Below, in pieces: positions 8,362-22,900 of a stretch of DNA of 25,575 bases. The stretch is from an uncultured Chthoniobacterales bacterium (lineage in GTDB: Bacteria; Verrucomicrobiota; Verrucomicrobiia; Chthoniobacterales; SZAS-18). How positions within the stretch are numbered: position 1 is the first letter of the stretch; each line of letters starts with the position of its first letter. A program made the position numbers and the translations under genes. The notes beneath the pieces are model-generated. The model saw only the letters and a list, made by a program, of their open reading frames with translations. It did no database searches and was not told the DNA's origin. The stretch lies in the NCBI GenBank assembly GCA_964250275.1, contig CAXUFU010000001.1, forward strand, positions 4,909 through 30,483, given 5' to 3'.

Positions 8362-8641
8362 GGGCGGCCTCCAGTCCGGGCCGCGTCAGGTAGGTCACGC
8401 ACCATCGCGCCACCACGAATCCCAGGAGGCACGCCACCAGTCGCTCCCAATTCCCGCGGCCGACATAGTAGAAGCCCGCCAGCACAACGCTCATCCGCAC
8501 GAGTAAGCTGCCCAGGAACCATAAGGCGGGCTGGGCAGACGCGATGCCCTCGCGCACCGTCCACCACAGGCCGCCGAAGAAGATCGCACCCAGCATTGCG
8601 CCCACCAACCCAGCGATGACCAATCCTAGAGTCTCATTCAT
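8351..8641 (-). CDS. atpR: N-ATPase-specific membrane subunit AtpR
   Basis: FFGGLWWTV..., WFLGSLLVRM, GFVVARW, with two Arg in TM segments. Start reassigned to ATG 8641 (SD GGAGG; overlaps the atpQ stop). Confidence 0.88.
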   Translation of the reverse strand: MNETLGLVIAGLVGAMLGAIFFGGLWWTVREGIASAQPALWFLGSLLVRMSVVLAGFYYVGRGNWERLVACLLGFVVARWCVTYLTRPGLEAAHAP

Positions 8642-8967
8642 CTTTAACCCCTCCGTCTGCGTGCATGGCCCGGTTTTCGTTGGCGACCCAACGCCAGGCG
8701 TTGAAACAACCAAGCGCGAGGCCAACGACCAGGAGCGCCAGAGTCCACGAATGCGGGCCTGGATAGCGCTTGTCCAACCAGACGCCGAGCCCCGCCCCGA
8801 GCAGCGTCGGAATGGCCACCGACCAGCCGATCAGGCCCATCATGCCCAATCCGAACCAGACGCCTGGCACGCCGTCTCGCCGCGCCTTGAGCTTGCGCGC
8901 CGCCTGCCGCGCGATCTTGCCGGCGAAGGACCTCTCGTCGTCTGACGAGCTCTTGGCTGCTGTCTCG

Positions 8968-8975
<8 letters not shown>
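8634..8975 (-). CDS. atpQ: N-ATPase AtpQ (AtpZ/AtpI-like)
   Basis: RKLKARR...VWFGLGMMGLIGWSVAIPTLLGAGLGVWLD..YP..SWTLALLVVGLALGCFNAWRWV. Start reassigned to ATG 8975. Confidence 0.9.
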
Positions 8976-11583
<2,608 letters not shown>

Positions 11584-11631
11584 CTCGTTACAGGGTCCCC
11601 GGGCTAGCACCGCGCTGGGTTGCCTTGGTGC

Positions 11632-14043
11632 TCACTGCGAGGCCGTCCACTTCCAGTTGCGGATCTCCGGCATGTCCTCGCCGTTCTTATCGATGTATTG
11701 CCGGTGCTCGATCAACTTGTCTTCGAGCTGTTGCTTCAAATAGATCCCCTTCTCGCCGGTTTGCGGCACGCGATCGATCGTATCCAGGACCAGGTGAAAA
11801 CGATCCAGATCGTTTAACACGGTCATGTCGAATGGGGTCGTGATGGTCCCTTCTTCCTTGTAGCCGCGCACGTGCATATTATGATGGTTGGTGCGCCGGT
11901 ACGTCAGCCGGTGGATCAGCCATGGGTAAGCGTGAAAGGCAAAGATGATGGGCTTATCCTTGGTGAAGAGCTCGTCGAAATCCACCTCGCTCAACCCGTG
12001 CGGGTGCTCGCTTTTGGGTTGCAGCTTCATCAGGTCGACGACGTTGACCACCCGGATCTTCAGCTCCGGCAAGTGTTCGCGCATGATCGAAACCGCGGCG
12101 AGCGTCTCCAGCGTCGGCACGTCGCCACAGCAGGCCATGACCACATCGGGCGCGGCATCCTGATCGTTACTGGCCCATTGCCAGATACCGATGCCTTCGG
12201 CGCAATGCTTGGCCGCGGCTTCCATCGTCAGCCAATACGGGGCCGGATGTTTGCCCGCGACGACGACGTTCACGTAATGGCGGCTGCGCAGACAATGGTC
12301 CATCACCGAGAGCAAACAATTCGCGTCCGGCGGCAGGTAAACGCGGACCACCGCGGCCTTCTTATTTACCACGTGGTCAAGGAACCCCGGATCCTGGTGG
12401 GTAAAGCCGTTGTGGTCCTGACGCCAGACATGCGAAGCCAGTAGATAATTGAGCGAGGCGATCTTCCGCCGCCAAGGCAGACGCGCAGTCACCTTCAGCC
12501 ACTTGGCGTGCTGATTGAACATCGAGTCGACGATGTGAATGAAAGCCTCATAACAGTTAAAGAGGCCGTGCCGCCCGGTGAGCAGGTAACCCTCCAGCCA
12601 ACCCTCGCATTGATGCTCGCTCAACATCTCCATGACACGGCCGGCCGGCGCGAGAAATTCGTCGTTCGGGACGGTGGCGGCATCCCATTGCCGTTGGGTC
12701 ACCTGGAAGAGAGCCTCCAAGCCATTGGATATCGTCTCGTCCGGGCCAAAGACCCGGAAGTTACGCTGCTCTTCGTTTTGCTTGGCTACGTCGCGCAGAA
12801 AAGGCCCGAGGACATGCGTGTCCCCGATCCCGCCCGTCCCGGGTTCTGGAACATCAACGCCATAGTCGCGGAAATCCGGCAGGCGCAGATCCTTGAGCAG
12901 CAAGCCGCCGTTTGCGTGAGGATTCGCTCCCATGCGCCGCGTGCCTTGCGGAGCCAGATCGGCCAGCTCCGGCAACAAGCGGCCATCGGCGTCAAAGAGT
13001 TCCTCCGGTCGATAGCTCTTTAGCCAATCTTCCAACTGCTTGAGGTGCTCGGGATGGGTCGCCGGATCAGAAAGCGGCACCTGGTGCGCGCGGAAGGTGC
13101 CTTCGATTTGGCGGCCATCGACGAGCTTGGGCCCGGTCCAGCCTTTGGGCGAGTTCAGGACGATCATTGGCCAACGCGGCCGCATGGTGTTGCCGTTGAG
13201 CCGTGCGTCCCGTTGGATCTGCTGGATCTGCTCGATGGCTTTGTCCAAGGTCCCGGCCATCGCCTGATGCATGCGGGCCGGCTCATGACCTTCCACAAAG
13301 TACGGCGTCCAACCGTAACCACGCAGCAGTTGATCCAGCTCTTCGTGGGTAATGCGCGCGAGGATGGTGGGATTGGAGATCTTATAGCCGTTGAGATGCA
13401 GGATGGGTAACACCGCGCCATCGGTTTTCGCGTCCAGGAACTTGTTAGAATGCCACGCGGTGGCCAGCGGCCCGGTTTCCGCCTCACCATCGCCAACGAC
13501 GCAGGCGACGATCAGGTCCGGATTATCGAACACCGCTCCAAAGGAATGGCTCAGCGAGTAGCCCAGTTCGCCTCCTTCATGAATGGACCCGGGCGTTTCC
13601 GGCGAGGCGTGGCTGGGGATGCCGCCGGGAAAGGAGAACTGGAGAAACAGCTTGCGCAGCCCGGCTTCATCCTGGCTGATGTCCGGGTACACCTCGCTGT
13701 AAGTACCTTCCAGGTAAGTGTTTGCCACCGCCGCTGGTCCGCCGTGCCCCGGGCCGGACACGTAGATCATGTTGAGATCATACGCTTTGATCACCCGGTT
13801 CAGGTGTGCGTAGATGAAGTTCTGGCCTGGCGTGGTGCCCCAGTGTCCTAACAACATATGCTTTACATCCGCGAGGGTCAGCGGGCGCTTGAGCAGAGGG
13901 TTGTCAAAGAGATAGATCTGGCCGACAGACAGATAGTTGGCCGCGCGCCAATACGCGTCGATCTTACGGAGTAACCCACCTGAGAGTGGGCCGCCGTCCA
14001 ACGTCTCGGGCTTTTTTTCGTCGATCTTGAGGTCGGGTTCCAT
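11632..14043 (-). CDS. xfp: Phosphoketolase (xylulose-5-P / fructose-6-P), ThDP-dependent
   Basis: [31 protein letters not shown]...[38 protein letters not shown] are all intact. X5P versus F6P specificity cannot be told from the sequence by eye. Confidence 0.96.
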   Translation of the reverse strand: MEPDLKIDEKKPETLDGGPLSGGLLRKIDAYWRAANYLSVGQIYLFDNPLLKRPLTLADVKHMLLGHWGTTPGQNFIYAHLNRVIKAYDLNMIYVSGPGHGGPAAVANTYLEGTYSEVYPDISQDEAGLRKLFLQFSFPGGIPSHASPETPGSIHEGGELGYSLSHSFGAVFDNPDLIVACVVGDGEAETGPLATAWHSNKFLDAKTDGAVLPILHLNGYKISNPTILARITHEELDQLLRGYGWTPYFVEGHEPARMHQAMAGTLDKAIEQIQQIQRDARLNGNTMRPRWPMIVLNSPKGWTGPKLVDGRQIEGTFRAHQVPLSDPATHPEHLKQLEDWLKSYRPEELFDADGRLLPELADLAPQGTRRMGANPHANGGLLLKDLRLPDFRDYGVDVPEPGTGGIGDTHVLGPFLRDVAKQNEEQRNFRVFGPDETISNGLEALFQVTQRQWDAATVPNDEFLAPAGRVMEMLSEHQCEGWLEGYLLTGRHGLFNCYEAFIHIVDSMFNQHAKWLKVTARLPWRRKIASLNYLLASHVWRQDHNGFTHQDPGFLDHVVNKKAAVVRVYLPPDANCLLSVMDHCLRSRHYVNVVVAGKHPAPYWLTMEAAAKHCAEGIGIWQWASNDQDAAPDVVMACCGDVPTLETLAAVSIMREHLPELKIRVVNVVDLMKLQPKSEHPHGLSEVDFDELFTKDKPIIFAFHAYPWLIHRLTYRRTNHHNMHVRGYKEEGTITTPFDMTVLNDLDRFHLVLDTIDRVPQTGEKGIYLKQQLEDKLIEHRQYIDKNGEDMPEIRNWKWTASQ

Positions 14044-14088
14044 AAGTGCGTTCGCCAGGGTTGTTCGTCGGACGCTCCTGCTTTTAGA

Positions 14089-14571
14089 TCAACTTTTCTG
14101 CTCGAGCTCGGCCACTTTGGCCAGACGGCGGCAATGCCGTTCCGCGCCACTAAACCGCGCGGTCATAAATGTCCGGACGAGCTCCCAGGCAAGAGCCTGG
14201 CCCACGACACGGCCTCCGAGGCAGATCATGTTCAGGTTATCGTCCTCCACGCCTTGATGCGCCGAAAACGTTTCGTGGATCAAGCAGGCTCGCACGCCCG
14301 CCACTTTATTGGCGGCCACGGATGCTCCGACGCCGCTGCCGCAAATAGCTACCCCGCGCTGCACTTCGCCGGCGGCGACCGCCCGGGCTAGCGGCACGAC
14401 AAAGTCTGGATAATCATCATCCGGTTGAGCGTGGACATCGCCAAAATCGATGACTTCATGGCCATGCTCGCGCAGTGCCGTGCCAAGAAATTCCTTTAGC
14501 TCGTAACCGCCGTGGTCCGCGGCAATTCCCACACGTTCGCGCTCGCTTTGTCCTGGCAGCTGGGTGCTCAT
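14089..14571 (-). CDS. rpiB: Ribose-5-phosphate isomerase B (RpiB/LacAB family)
   Basis: GIAADHGG, DDYPDF, ICGSGVGASVAANKVAGVRA, NMICLGGR, ERHCRRLAKV. Confidence 0.93.
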   Translation of the reverse strand: MSTQLPGQSERERVGIAADHGGYELKEFLGTALREHGHEVIDFGDVHAQPDDDYPDFVVPLARAVAAGEVQRGVAICGSGVGASVAANKVAGVRACLIHETFSAHQGVEDDNLNMICLGGRVVGQALAWELVRTFMTARFSGAERHCRRLAKVAELEQKS

Positions 14572-14595
14572 AAAGGTTAGTGCAACAGAGTGACT

Positions 14596-15843
14596 CTAAA
14601 GGTAAGGAGAGTGCAGGCCGAACACCTCGAACAACGCGTGCGGCACCGGCACGATGATCAGCAACAAGATCACGAAAGTGAGATAAGCCAGCGCCTTGCG
14701 CGGGAGGTCCACGGGCGTCACGTCGTTTGCGGCCGGCGCATCATGCGTGCCGGCAATGAAGTAAACAACAAACGCCCACATCATCAGCCCCGGCCAAACA
14801 AACAAAGCCAGCAAAAACAAACAAGCCAACGCCACGAGACTGATCCCGCGCGCGTGGCGGGTGCCAAAGACCGCATGTGCCATGTGGCCGCCATCGAGCT
14901 GGCCGATGGGTAACAGGTTCAAGGCGGTGACGATCAAGCCCAACCACCCGGCGAAAGCCAGCGGGTTCAAGACCAGGTGCTGGCCCGCGCCCATGGATGC
15001 GCCTAGCGAAATTTTGGCAAAGCTCGCCAGCAGCATGGACGAACCGACGCTCACCCCGGATTGAACGAGCCCCGCCGGCACGCTGCCAGAGATCACTTGC
15101 GAGGACCGCAGCCCGATAAGCAACGCGGGAATCGCGAAGACCAGCCCAGCCAAGGGTCCCGCGACGGCCACGTCGAACAGCGCGCGGCGACTCGGGGTCA
15201 GCGATTTAATCTTGATGAATGCGCCGAAGGTTCCCAGCGCAAACGGCACGGGAATGAAGAAGGGAGGCGTGACTTGGATCCCGTAACGTCGAGCGGTGAT
15301 GTAATGGCCCATCTCGTGCGCTCCCAGAATCAACATCAAGCCCAGGCTGTAAGGCAGCCCCACGGCAAAGCGTGCCGGCTCTTGGATGAGGTCAACTCCC
15401 GCATGCAACGCACCAGCCCAGGTCGTCGTGACTATCGTGGCCAGAAACAGCAAACCGTGGAGCCACCATTTGGGCTTCTCCACGGGCGCCGCTTTCGCGC
15501 CTGGCAAGAACAGGACGCGGACCTCGTTGCCCTCGCCCTCCAGCAGCAGCGGCGTCACGGGTTCACCGCTAAACACCTCGCGGAGCTTACGGAACATATC
15601 TTCCGCCTTTCCCCGCAACCTGCCCTCAAACTGCAACACGCCGCCCAGCCCCTTGTGCCCGGTGATGGCGAGAACCGGCGCCAGCTTGGCCTGGAACGCC
15701 GCCAGTTGATCATCAGCAATCGGGGGCGGCTTCGTTTCTGGCGCCGTCGCCGCCAGCCTCGCTGCCGTCACCCGCGCGCCGACGGCATAGGCAAAGTAGA
15801 ACCCGGCCAGGAGAACCAGCCAGACGATAAACGAGTTAGTCAT
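14596..15843 (-). CDS. Site-2 protease (peptidase M50), EGY/cyanobacterial-like
   Basis: HEMGH zinc motif, PFFIP...GTFGAFI, DVAVAGPLAG, NLLPIGQLDGGH, and an N-terminal soluble region with FEGRLRG (GNLR-like). Confidence 0.92.
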   Translation of the reverse strand: MTNSFIVWLVLLAGFYFAYAVGARVTAARLAATAPETKPPPIADDQLAAFQAKLAPVLAITGHKGLGGVLQFEGRLRGKAEDMFRKLREVFSGEPVTPLLLEGEGNEVRVLFLPGAKAAPVEKPKWWLHGLLFLATIVTTTWAGALHAGVDLIQEPARFAVGLPYSLGLMLILGAHEMGHYITARRYGIQVTPPFFIPVPFALGTFGAFIKIKSLTPSRRALFDVAVAGPLAGLVFAIPALLIGLRSSQVISGSVPAGLVQSGVSVGSSMLLASFAKISLGASMGAGQHLVLNPLAFAGWLGLIVTALNLLPIGQLDGGHMAHAVFGTRHARGISLVALACLFLLALFVWPGLMMWAFVVYFIAGTHDAPAANDVTPVDLPRKALAYLTFVILLLIIVPVPHALFEVFGLHSPYL

Positions 15844-15859
15844 GAGAAATCGCGCTGTA

Positions 15860-15957
15860 GCGCCTGGTTGCCAACTGGGAAACGCAAGATCCAGGCAGCC
15901 TGGCCTTGTTTCTAGAAGTCACCTAAAAAGTGACCTCGTGCCCGGTTGCCCAGGCGC
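15860..15957. other. 98-nt structured intergenic element (terminal inverted repeats plus two internal hairpins)
   Basis: GCGCCTGG (15860-15867) pairs with CCAGGCGC (15950-15957), with an imperfect extension. Internal hairpins are CCAGG-cag-CCTGG and GAAGTCAC-ctaaaaa-GTGACCTC. Confidence 0.4.
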
Positions 15958-15961
15958 GGCT

Positions 15962-16705
15962 TTACCGGTCGGAGAATAGAGAGTGCCCGGAAGCTTCCGG
16001 CGGCGTGGCGCGCGGCGGGATTTCCGCCGGCGTATAGTGATACTCGCGCGAGACCTGGATGACGTCCTTCGAAGCGTGCACGGCAATATTAGCCTCCTCA
16101 TAACTGATGCGGTCGACTTCCGCCGTTGCCAGGATGATTTCCTTGCCGCCAAACCATGCTCCTGTCTCTCCCAGCAGGTAGTGGATCGTCCATGTCTTTT
16201 CATCGATCAGAAAATCCGTCAGGTGGCCGAGCACGTCCTCCCCGTTTTGGATGCGGTAGCCGCGCAACGCCTGCGCGCTGCGAAGATCAGGATCATTAGG
16301 ACCCTGGCTCGGCGGAGGCGCGAGCGGGATCGGCATCGGTGCGGTCATCGGATAGACACCCAGCCCCCAGACGGCGCCTTCGTTCCAGTAATTTGAGTAA
16401 CCGTAGTGACGGCAATACTCCTCTTCTTGTTGCCGCGAGACTGGCTTGTGCTTGTCGATGGACGGACTCTGCTCGATCTGTGCACGAGTCAAGTTGACGA
16501 GCAGTTGGTCGCCCTCGTGGAAAAACTGCGTGAACGCCGCCGGCGACAGCAGCACCAATCTTTCCGACAACCAGGAACCCGTGTCAGCGACCACGTAGCG
16601 GACGATCCAATCTTGATCGGTAAAGAGAAAGTCCTTTACGTGGCCGATACGGCCATCCGCCGCAGCCAGTTTGGCGCCATAAAACGGCTTCAGGTTGCGC
16701 AGCAC
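15962..16705 (-). CDS. Tandem PRC-barrel domain protein
   Basis: Two similar units (GAKLAAADGRIGHVKDFLFTDQDWIVRYVVADTGSWL and GYRIQNGEDVLGHLTDFLIDEKTWTIHYLLGETGAWF) separated by a Pro-rich linker. GTG start. Confidence 0.85.
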   Translation of the reverse strand: MLRNLKPFYGAKLAAADGRIGHVKDFLFTDQDWIVRYVVADTGSWLSERLVLLSPAAFTQFFHEGDQLLVNLTRAQIEQSPSIDKHKPVSRQQEEEYCRHYGYSNYWNEGAVWGLGVYPMTAPMPIPLAPPPSQGPNDPDLRSAQALRGYRIQNGEDVLGHLTDFLIDEKTWTIHYLLGETGAWFGGKEIILATAEVDRISYEEANIAVHASKDVIQVSREYHYTPAEIPPRATPPEASGHSLFSDR

Positions 16706-16927
16706 GGACGGGCGGGACGGCTGGTGCGGTGCTGGCGGGAGCGAGGCTGCTCGAGTTATTCATAGCTTTGACTTCTGGTGCAGCGGGAGCTAGGCGGCGC
16801 TCGCCGAGCGGGATGTTAGATGCGAAGAGTAGCATCGACACGCCTCGCCCCGGCAGCCAATACCTCGTAGGGCGGCCCCGCCATAGCTGGAAGGTATCGG
16901 GCCACGAGCAGCCGAGGCTCGTCGCGC

Positions 16928-19900
16928 TCAGCGGACTTTCATTTCGACGGTGTGCTCCTGGTGATCGTCCCGCAGGGGAACGGTTTGTCCGGTCAGATTT
17001 TGACCGTCGAGGGAAAGGGAAGGACCATCGGTCGCATCCTCCGGCAGGCGGCTAAAGGTGATATGGTAAACCGTCTGCCGGAAGCGATAATGGATTTTGC
17101 AAGAAGGCCACGCTTTCGGCAAACGCGGATGCAACCGCAGTTGATCGCCCTCGAGATTGACCCCCAAAAGAGTTTCCACGAGCAACCGGTACATCCAACC
17201 TGCTGAACCCGTGTACCAGGTCCAGCCGCCGCGTCCCGTGTGCGGAGTTACCCCGTAGACATCCGCGGCAACGACATAAGGTTCTACCTTGTAGACCGCG
17301 ATCTGCTCCGGAGTGGCGCTGTGGTGGACGGGATTTAGGAGCGAGAAAAGTTCCCACGCACGCTCGGTGTCCCCCAGCAGAGCAAAGGCCGTCACGGTCC
17401 AGATCGCGCCGTGCGTGTATTGGCCGCCGTTTTCTCGTACTCCCGGGATGTACCCTTTGATGTATCCGGGATTAAGGGCGGACTTGTCGAAGGGCGGGTC
17501 GAACAACGCAATCAAGCCGGCGTCGCGCCGGACCAGGCGCTGATCCACGGACTGCATTGCCTGGCGTGAGCGGGCGGGATCGCCGGCGCCGCTGATGACA
17601 GACCAACTCTGCGGCAGCGAATCGATCTGGCATTCCGGGTTCGTCTGCGAGCCGAGCGGTTCGCCGTCGTCAAAGTAGGCGCGCCGGTACCAGGCGCCAT
17701 CCCACGTGTGAGCTTCGATATTTTCCTTGAGCGTGCGCGCCTCGGCCCGGCAAAGCTCCGCAAAGGCGGCGTCTTGGCGGGACTGCGCCAACCGGCTGAA
17801 TTGGGTCAGCACATCGTAGAGGAAAAACGCCAGCCACACGCTCTCGCCGCGCCCTGCCTGGCCGACGAGGTTCATGCCGTCGTTCCAATCTCCGCCGCCC
17901 ATCAACGGCAGGCCGTGTGCGCCAAAGGTCAGACCGTGCTTGATGGCACGCACGCAATGTTGGTAGAGCGTGGCCGACTCTTCCGAGCGATTCGGCAGGT
18001 CATAATAGGACTCCTCCTCCGGCTTGACCAGGCGAGCTTCCAGGAACGAAATGTTTTCGTCGAGCACCCCAGTGTCCCCCAGGCAAGCGACATAGCGGCA
18101 GGTAACATACGGCAGCCACAGATAGTCATCGGAAATATGGGTGCGCACACCGCGACCCAAAGGCGGGTGCCACCAATGTTGCACGTCCCCTTCGCGAAAT
18201 TGCCGGGAGGCAGCCCGCAGCAGATGCTCGCGCGTCAGCGCCGGTTCGGCATGGACCAGAGCCATGACATCTTGTAACTGGTCCCGGAAGCCGTACGCGC
18301 CGCCGGATTGGTAGAACCCGGTCCGGCCCCAGAACCGGCAACTCAAGACCTGGTACAACAGCCAGCCGTTGGCCAGCACGTTCACCGCCGGGTCAGGCGT
18401 ATCCACGTTGACCGCACCAAGTGCGCGGTTCCAATACTGCCACACGCCTTCAAGCGCCACGCGGCTCGCGTCCACCCCGCGGAAGCGCCGCACGAGGTCG
18501 TGCACATCTTCCAGGTTGCGCCCGACCCCGAGGCGAAATCTCGTTTCCCGTTCCTCTTCGACGGCCAGGTCGAACACCACCTGCACCGCGCCGCAAGGAT
18601 CCAACCCCGCCCCGACCTTGCCCGAAAGCCGCGTCCGTTTCAGCGCCGCCGGCTCCGCCAGGGTCCCGTTGCGACCGAGAAATTCCCGGCGGTCGCCGGT
18701 GACGCTCCGCGATGGGTCGCCGGTGTCGATGAAAGCAATACGGTCCGGGAACTCGGTGTTGTAGTAGTTGCGAGCCAGCAAGGCGCCGCTCTTGAGATCC
18801 ACTTCAGTCTGCACGTGGAGCAGACTTTTCTGCCGCAAATCGCCCAAGACCCACTCCCAATAGCCGGTAGCCGAGAGGCGTCGTGGCCGCCCGGAAACGT
18901 TACGCAGTTTGAGCACGTTAAATTTCACCGGCGCATCCATGGCCACGTAGATCCATAACTCCGAGGCAATGCCGTTTTCGCAATGCTCAAACACCGTGTA
19001 GCCGAAGCCGTGGCGGATGACGTAGGGCGTGGCGCCGCGAGCCGGCAAGGGCGTCGGCGACCACACTTGCCCCGTCACCTCGTCGCGAATGTAAAAGGCT
19101 TCCCCGGTTGTGTCCTGGACGGGATCGTTGCTCCAGGGCGTCAGCCGAAACTCGTGCGAGTTCTCGACCCAAGTATAAGCCGAGCCGCTTTCGGAAACGA
19201 CCGTGCCGAAGGTTGGGTTTGCCAGCACGTTTACCCAGGGCGCGGGGGTCGTCTGCCCGGGTTGCAACGTGATGACATACTCGTGGCCGTCGCGGGTAAA
19301 GCCGCCGAGGCCGTTCTGAAAGATCGTCTCGCGCGCTTCCAATGGTCTCGGCGTCTCGCGACCTAGAGACCGGGCGGGCGTGAACGTGGGCACGAGCGGC
19401 TCCAGAATACTGCGCACCGCCATTTGCTCGGCCAGAGTGCCCCGCTCATCGTCGACGGCGATCCGCGCCACGGATTGCAGCAGGACCCGGTCTTCGTGGG
19501 GAATCTGTTCGAGCCGGCAGACGAAGATGCCCCCGGGTTTATCCAGCAGTTGTGCTTCTGTGCCGGCGGCAATCAAACTCGTGATCTGGTCGTACAAAGG
19601 CTGGCGGTAAACCGAAACGTCTTCATTGAGAATGACCAGCTCGACCGTTAGCCCCTTCAGTCGCCAATAAGCGTGCGCTTGCACGAGTTGGCGGACGATT
19701 TCGATCTTGGCGACGTCCTGGATACGCAGCAGGACCACCGGCGCATCGCCGGAAACGCCGTAACTCCAAAGACCGCTTTGGCCACGCCGATTGCTGCGCA
19801 AAATCGACGAGTCCGCGCGCCGGGCGGGATTGGCGTAGATGAGCGCGCCCGCGATCCGGTCGTAGAGTTGCGCGTCCATCTCGGTGGCGTTGAGTTGGCG

Positions 19901-22900
19901 CAGCGTGACCTGGCTATGGGTCCAGGCCAGGTCGAAGGCGCGTTCCGTCATGCGCACGCTTTGATATTTTTCCACCTGCGCCATGGCCGCTTCCCGCGTC
20001 TCGGCGGCGCCCAAGACCAAATTGATAATGGCGGTCCCGTGCGGCGGTAAAGAGACCGTCCGCCGCAGCGACACAATCGGGTCGAGCACCGAGCCCGTGG
20101 TGCCCGATAGCGGAGCAATGCCTTGCATCACGGCTGGCGCGGCCAAGGTTCGGGCGCGTCCGATGAATTTCGCCCGGTCAGTTTCGCACGAGATGTCTCC
20201 GAGTCCCTCACCTTGCTGACCCACCAACAGGTGAAGCAACCAGGGCGGCTTTTCCTCTTGCGTCCGCGCCCGGCGCGTACAGAGAATGGCGCTGCATTTG
20301 CGGTCGAACTCCGTCTGCACAAACAGGTCGCTGAAGGCAGGATGCGCCGCGTCCGCGGCCGGCGGCGCCAGCACGACTTCCGCGTAGCTGGTCAGTTCGA
20401 TCTCGCGCGCCACACTGGCCCGGTTGGTCAACGTAATGCGCCGCAACTCGACGTCGTCTTCCGGGGACACGCTGATCTCGGTGTGCACCTCGATGTCGGC
20501 CTGACACTGGCGAAATTCCGCGCGCGCCTGCGAGAAGATCGCTTCGTACCCCTCTGACGCCTTTAGGGTGGGCTGATAAGACGTCGACCAAAACTCTCCC
20601 GTGGCCAGGTCGCGCAGGTAAACAAACGTGCCCCAGTTGTCCAGGGTTGCATCTTCGCGCCAACGCGTGAGCGCCAGATCTCCCCACCGGCTATAGCCGC
20701 CGCCGGCGCTGGTGATCACGACATGGTAATGGCCGTTCGACAGAAGATGAACATCGGGTGCAGGCGGAGTTGGGTTGGTAAACACGCGCATCCTGCTTTC
20801 GTTTTCACTGGCCAGCGTGCGCGATGACTCCGGCGCCGCATCCTGGGTGAAGACGCTGGCCATGGCCTTGGGCACCCGCTCCTGCAAGAGCAAGTCGGCC
20901 GCTTTCAGCAAGGGACAGCCAAGGAAGCGCCGCTGCATGGGATAATCATGCAAGACGTTCGCCACCGCCAGCAGGCTCATTCCTTGGTGATGCGCCATGT
21001 AGGAGCGGATGACCGCGCTCTTTTCGCCGGGTGGCAAGCGCGAGGGCGTGTAATCGATGGCTTCGTAGAAACCGAAGGCGCCTTCGCGCTTTTCGGCGGC
21101 CAAACGTTCCAGATTCGCGCAGGCCGCGGCGGGGGCAACCATTAACGCCATGGCCGAAGCGTAAGGAGCGATCACCACATCCTCCGCCAACCCTCGTTTG
21201 AGTCCCAGGCCCGGCACACCGAAGGCCCGGTATTGATAGTTCAGGTGCACGTCGGTCCGGTTGTAGCCTGATTCCGAGATTCCCCAAGGCACGCCCAGTG
21301 ACTTACCGTATTCGATCTGCCGTCGCACCGCCGCTTTACACGTGTGATCGAGCAGGGTGCCTTGGTAGTTCGGCATGACCAAGACCGGCATCAGGTACTC
21401 GAACATCGAACCACTCCAGGACACCAGGATCGGCTCCGCGCGCGCAGAAACCAGGAGCCGCCCGAGCGAAAACCAATGCTCCTGCGGAACCTGGCCGAGG
21501 GCGATGGCGACATAGCTGCATAAACGCGCCTCGGACGCCAGCAAATCATAGAACCCGCTGTCCCGGCGGAGATCAGCGACGTTGAACCCGGTGACAAACA
21601 GTTCTCTTTGCTGGTCGAATAAAAACGAAAAGTCCATGGCAGCCAGGGTGTCGCTTTCCTGGGCCAAGGCTTCCAGAGTCAACAGGCGTGCGTGCGCTTG
21701 CGCGCCAGCTTCCTGCATGCAGTGCGCCAGTTCGGTGAGATAGACCTGCCGCTGCTTTCGCACTTCAACCGGTTCGTCCGGGAGATCGTGCCAGGCTTGT
21801 TCGATCAAGGGAGAGAGCGAGGTCACGAGCTTTTCCAGCCCGCGGAGGGTCAGCGGCTCATCCAATTTCGCTAGCTCAACCTCGAGCGGCTGCGGCCCCT
21901 TTCCGGCTGGCTTCGCCAGCGTTAACCAAGGCGCCAGCAGTTTAGCCTCGGCCAGGTGTTCGTCGCACATGCGCTGCAAAGCCTGCGCCCAGCCTTTGAC
22001 CTCCACGCCATCGTTTGCCGCGGCGGTTGTCAGCTCCACGGCGACTGCCGTCACCTGGCTCAGAAGGGCGAACGACTCTCGCCGGCTTGCGATCGGCTGC
22101 TGGAGGCTGGCGCTAAGACTCGCGAGCTTAGCGTCGTGCGGCTTGAGTTCTAACAGGATGGCTACCGTGTCACGCAGGGCCGCCAAGATGGGTGGGGCGA
22201 AGAGTTCTGCTTCGGCCTGTTCTCTCAAGCCGGAGGAGAGTGTGAGTAAGTGCCCGGCCAGGTTCCCGCTGTCCACGCTCGAGACGTAAAGCGGCAGGAG
22301 CGGCTCGAGTGTGCGCGTGTCATACCAATTGTAAAAGTGGCCGCGATACCGCTGGAGCCGCTGCATGGTGGCGAGAGTGTCTTGCGTGCGACGGATCAGG
22401 CCGCCCACGGAGAGATAGCCGCAGTCGAGCGCGGCGAGATTGGCGAGCAAAGCCAGACCCATGATTGTCGGCGACGTCCGGGACGCAATGGTCGCAGCGG
22501 GGACTTCCTGGAAGTTGTCCGGAGGCAACCAGTGCTCCTGGGCCGTGACAAAGGTTTCGAAGAAGTACCAGGTCTTGCGCGCGGTGCGTTTGAGCAGAGC
22601 TAACTGGTCCGGCGTCCAATCCGGCGTGAGAGATTCGATGGGCTGACTGATCCACCAGGCGATCCAGGGAGCAGCCAACCACAGCCCGAGAAAGGGCAAG
22701 GCTTGCAGGGCATTAGCCGGCTGCCAGGCGAGCAACACGGCCGCGCTCACCACGGCCACGATCGGCGCGCTCCACATCGTCGCGTAAAAGCCCGCCAAGT
22801 CTGCTCGCGGCGTCCGTTCGGACTCACTCGAGGTTTGCCATTCGAGCAGCCGTTTATGCGTAAAGAGCATGCGCACGAGGGTCCGGCCGATCGCGTCGGC

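Noticed and set aside
16584-16841. ORF MNNSSSLAPAST... overlapping the PRC start, considered as a frameshifted N-terminus or leader peptide
   Set aside because: The PRC protein appears complete from GTG 16705. The overlapping ORF is low-complexity with no support.
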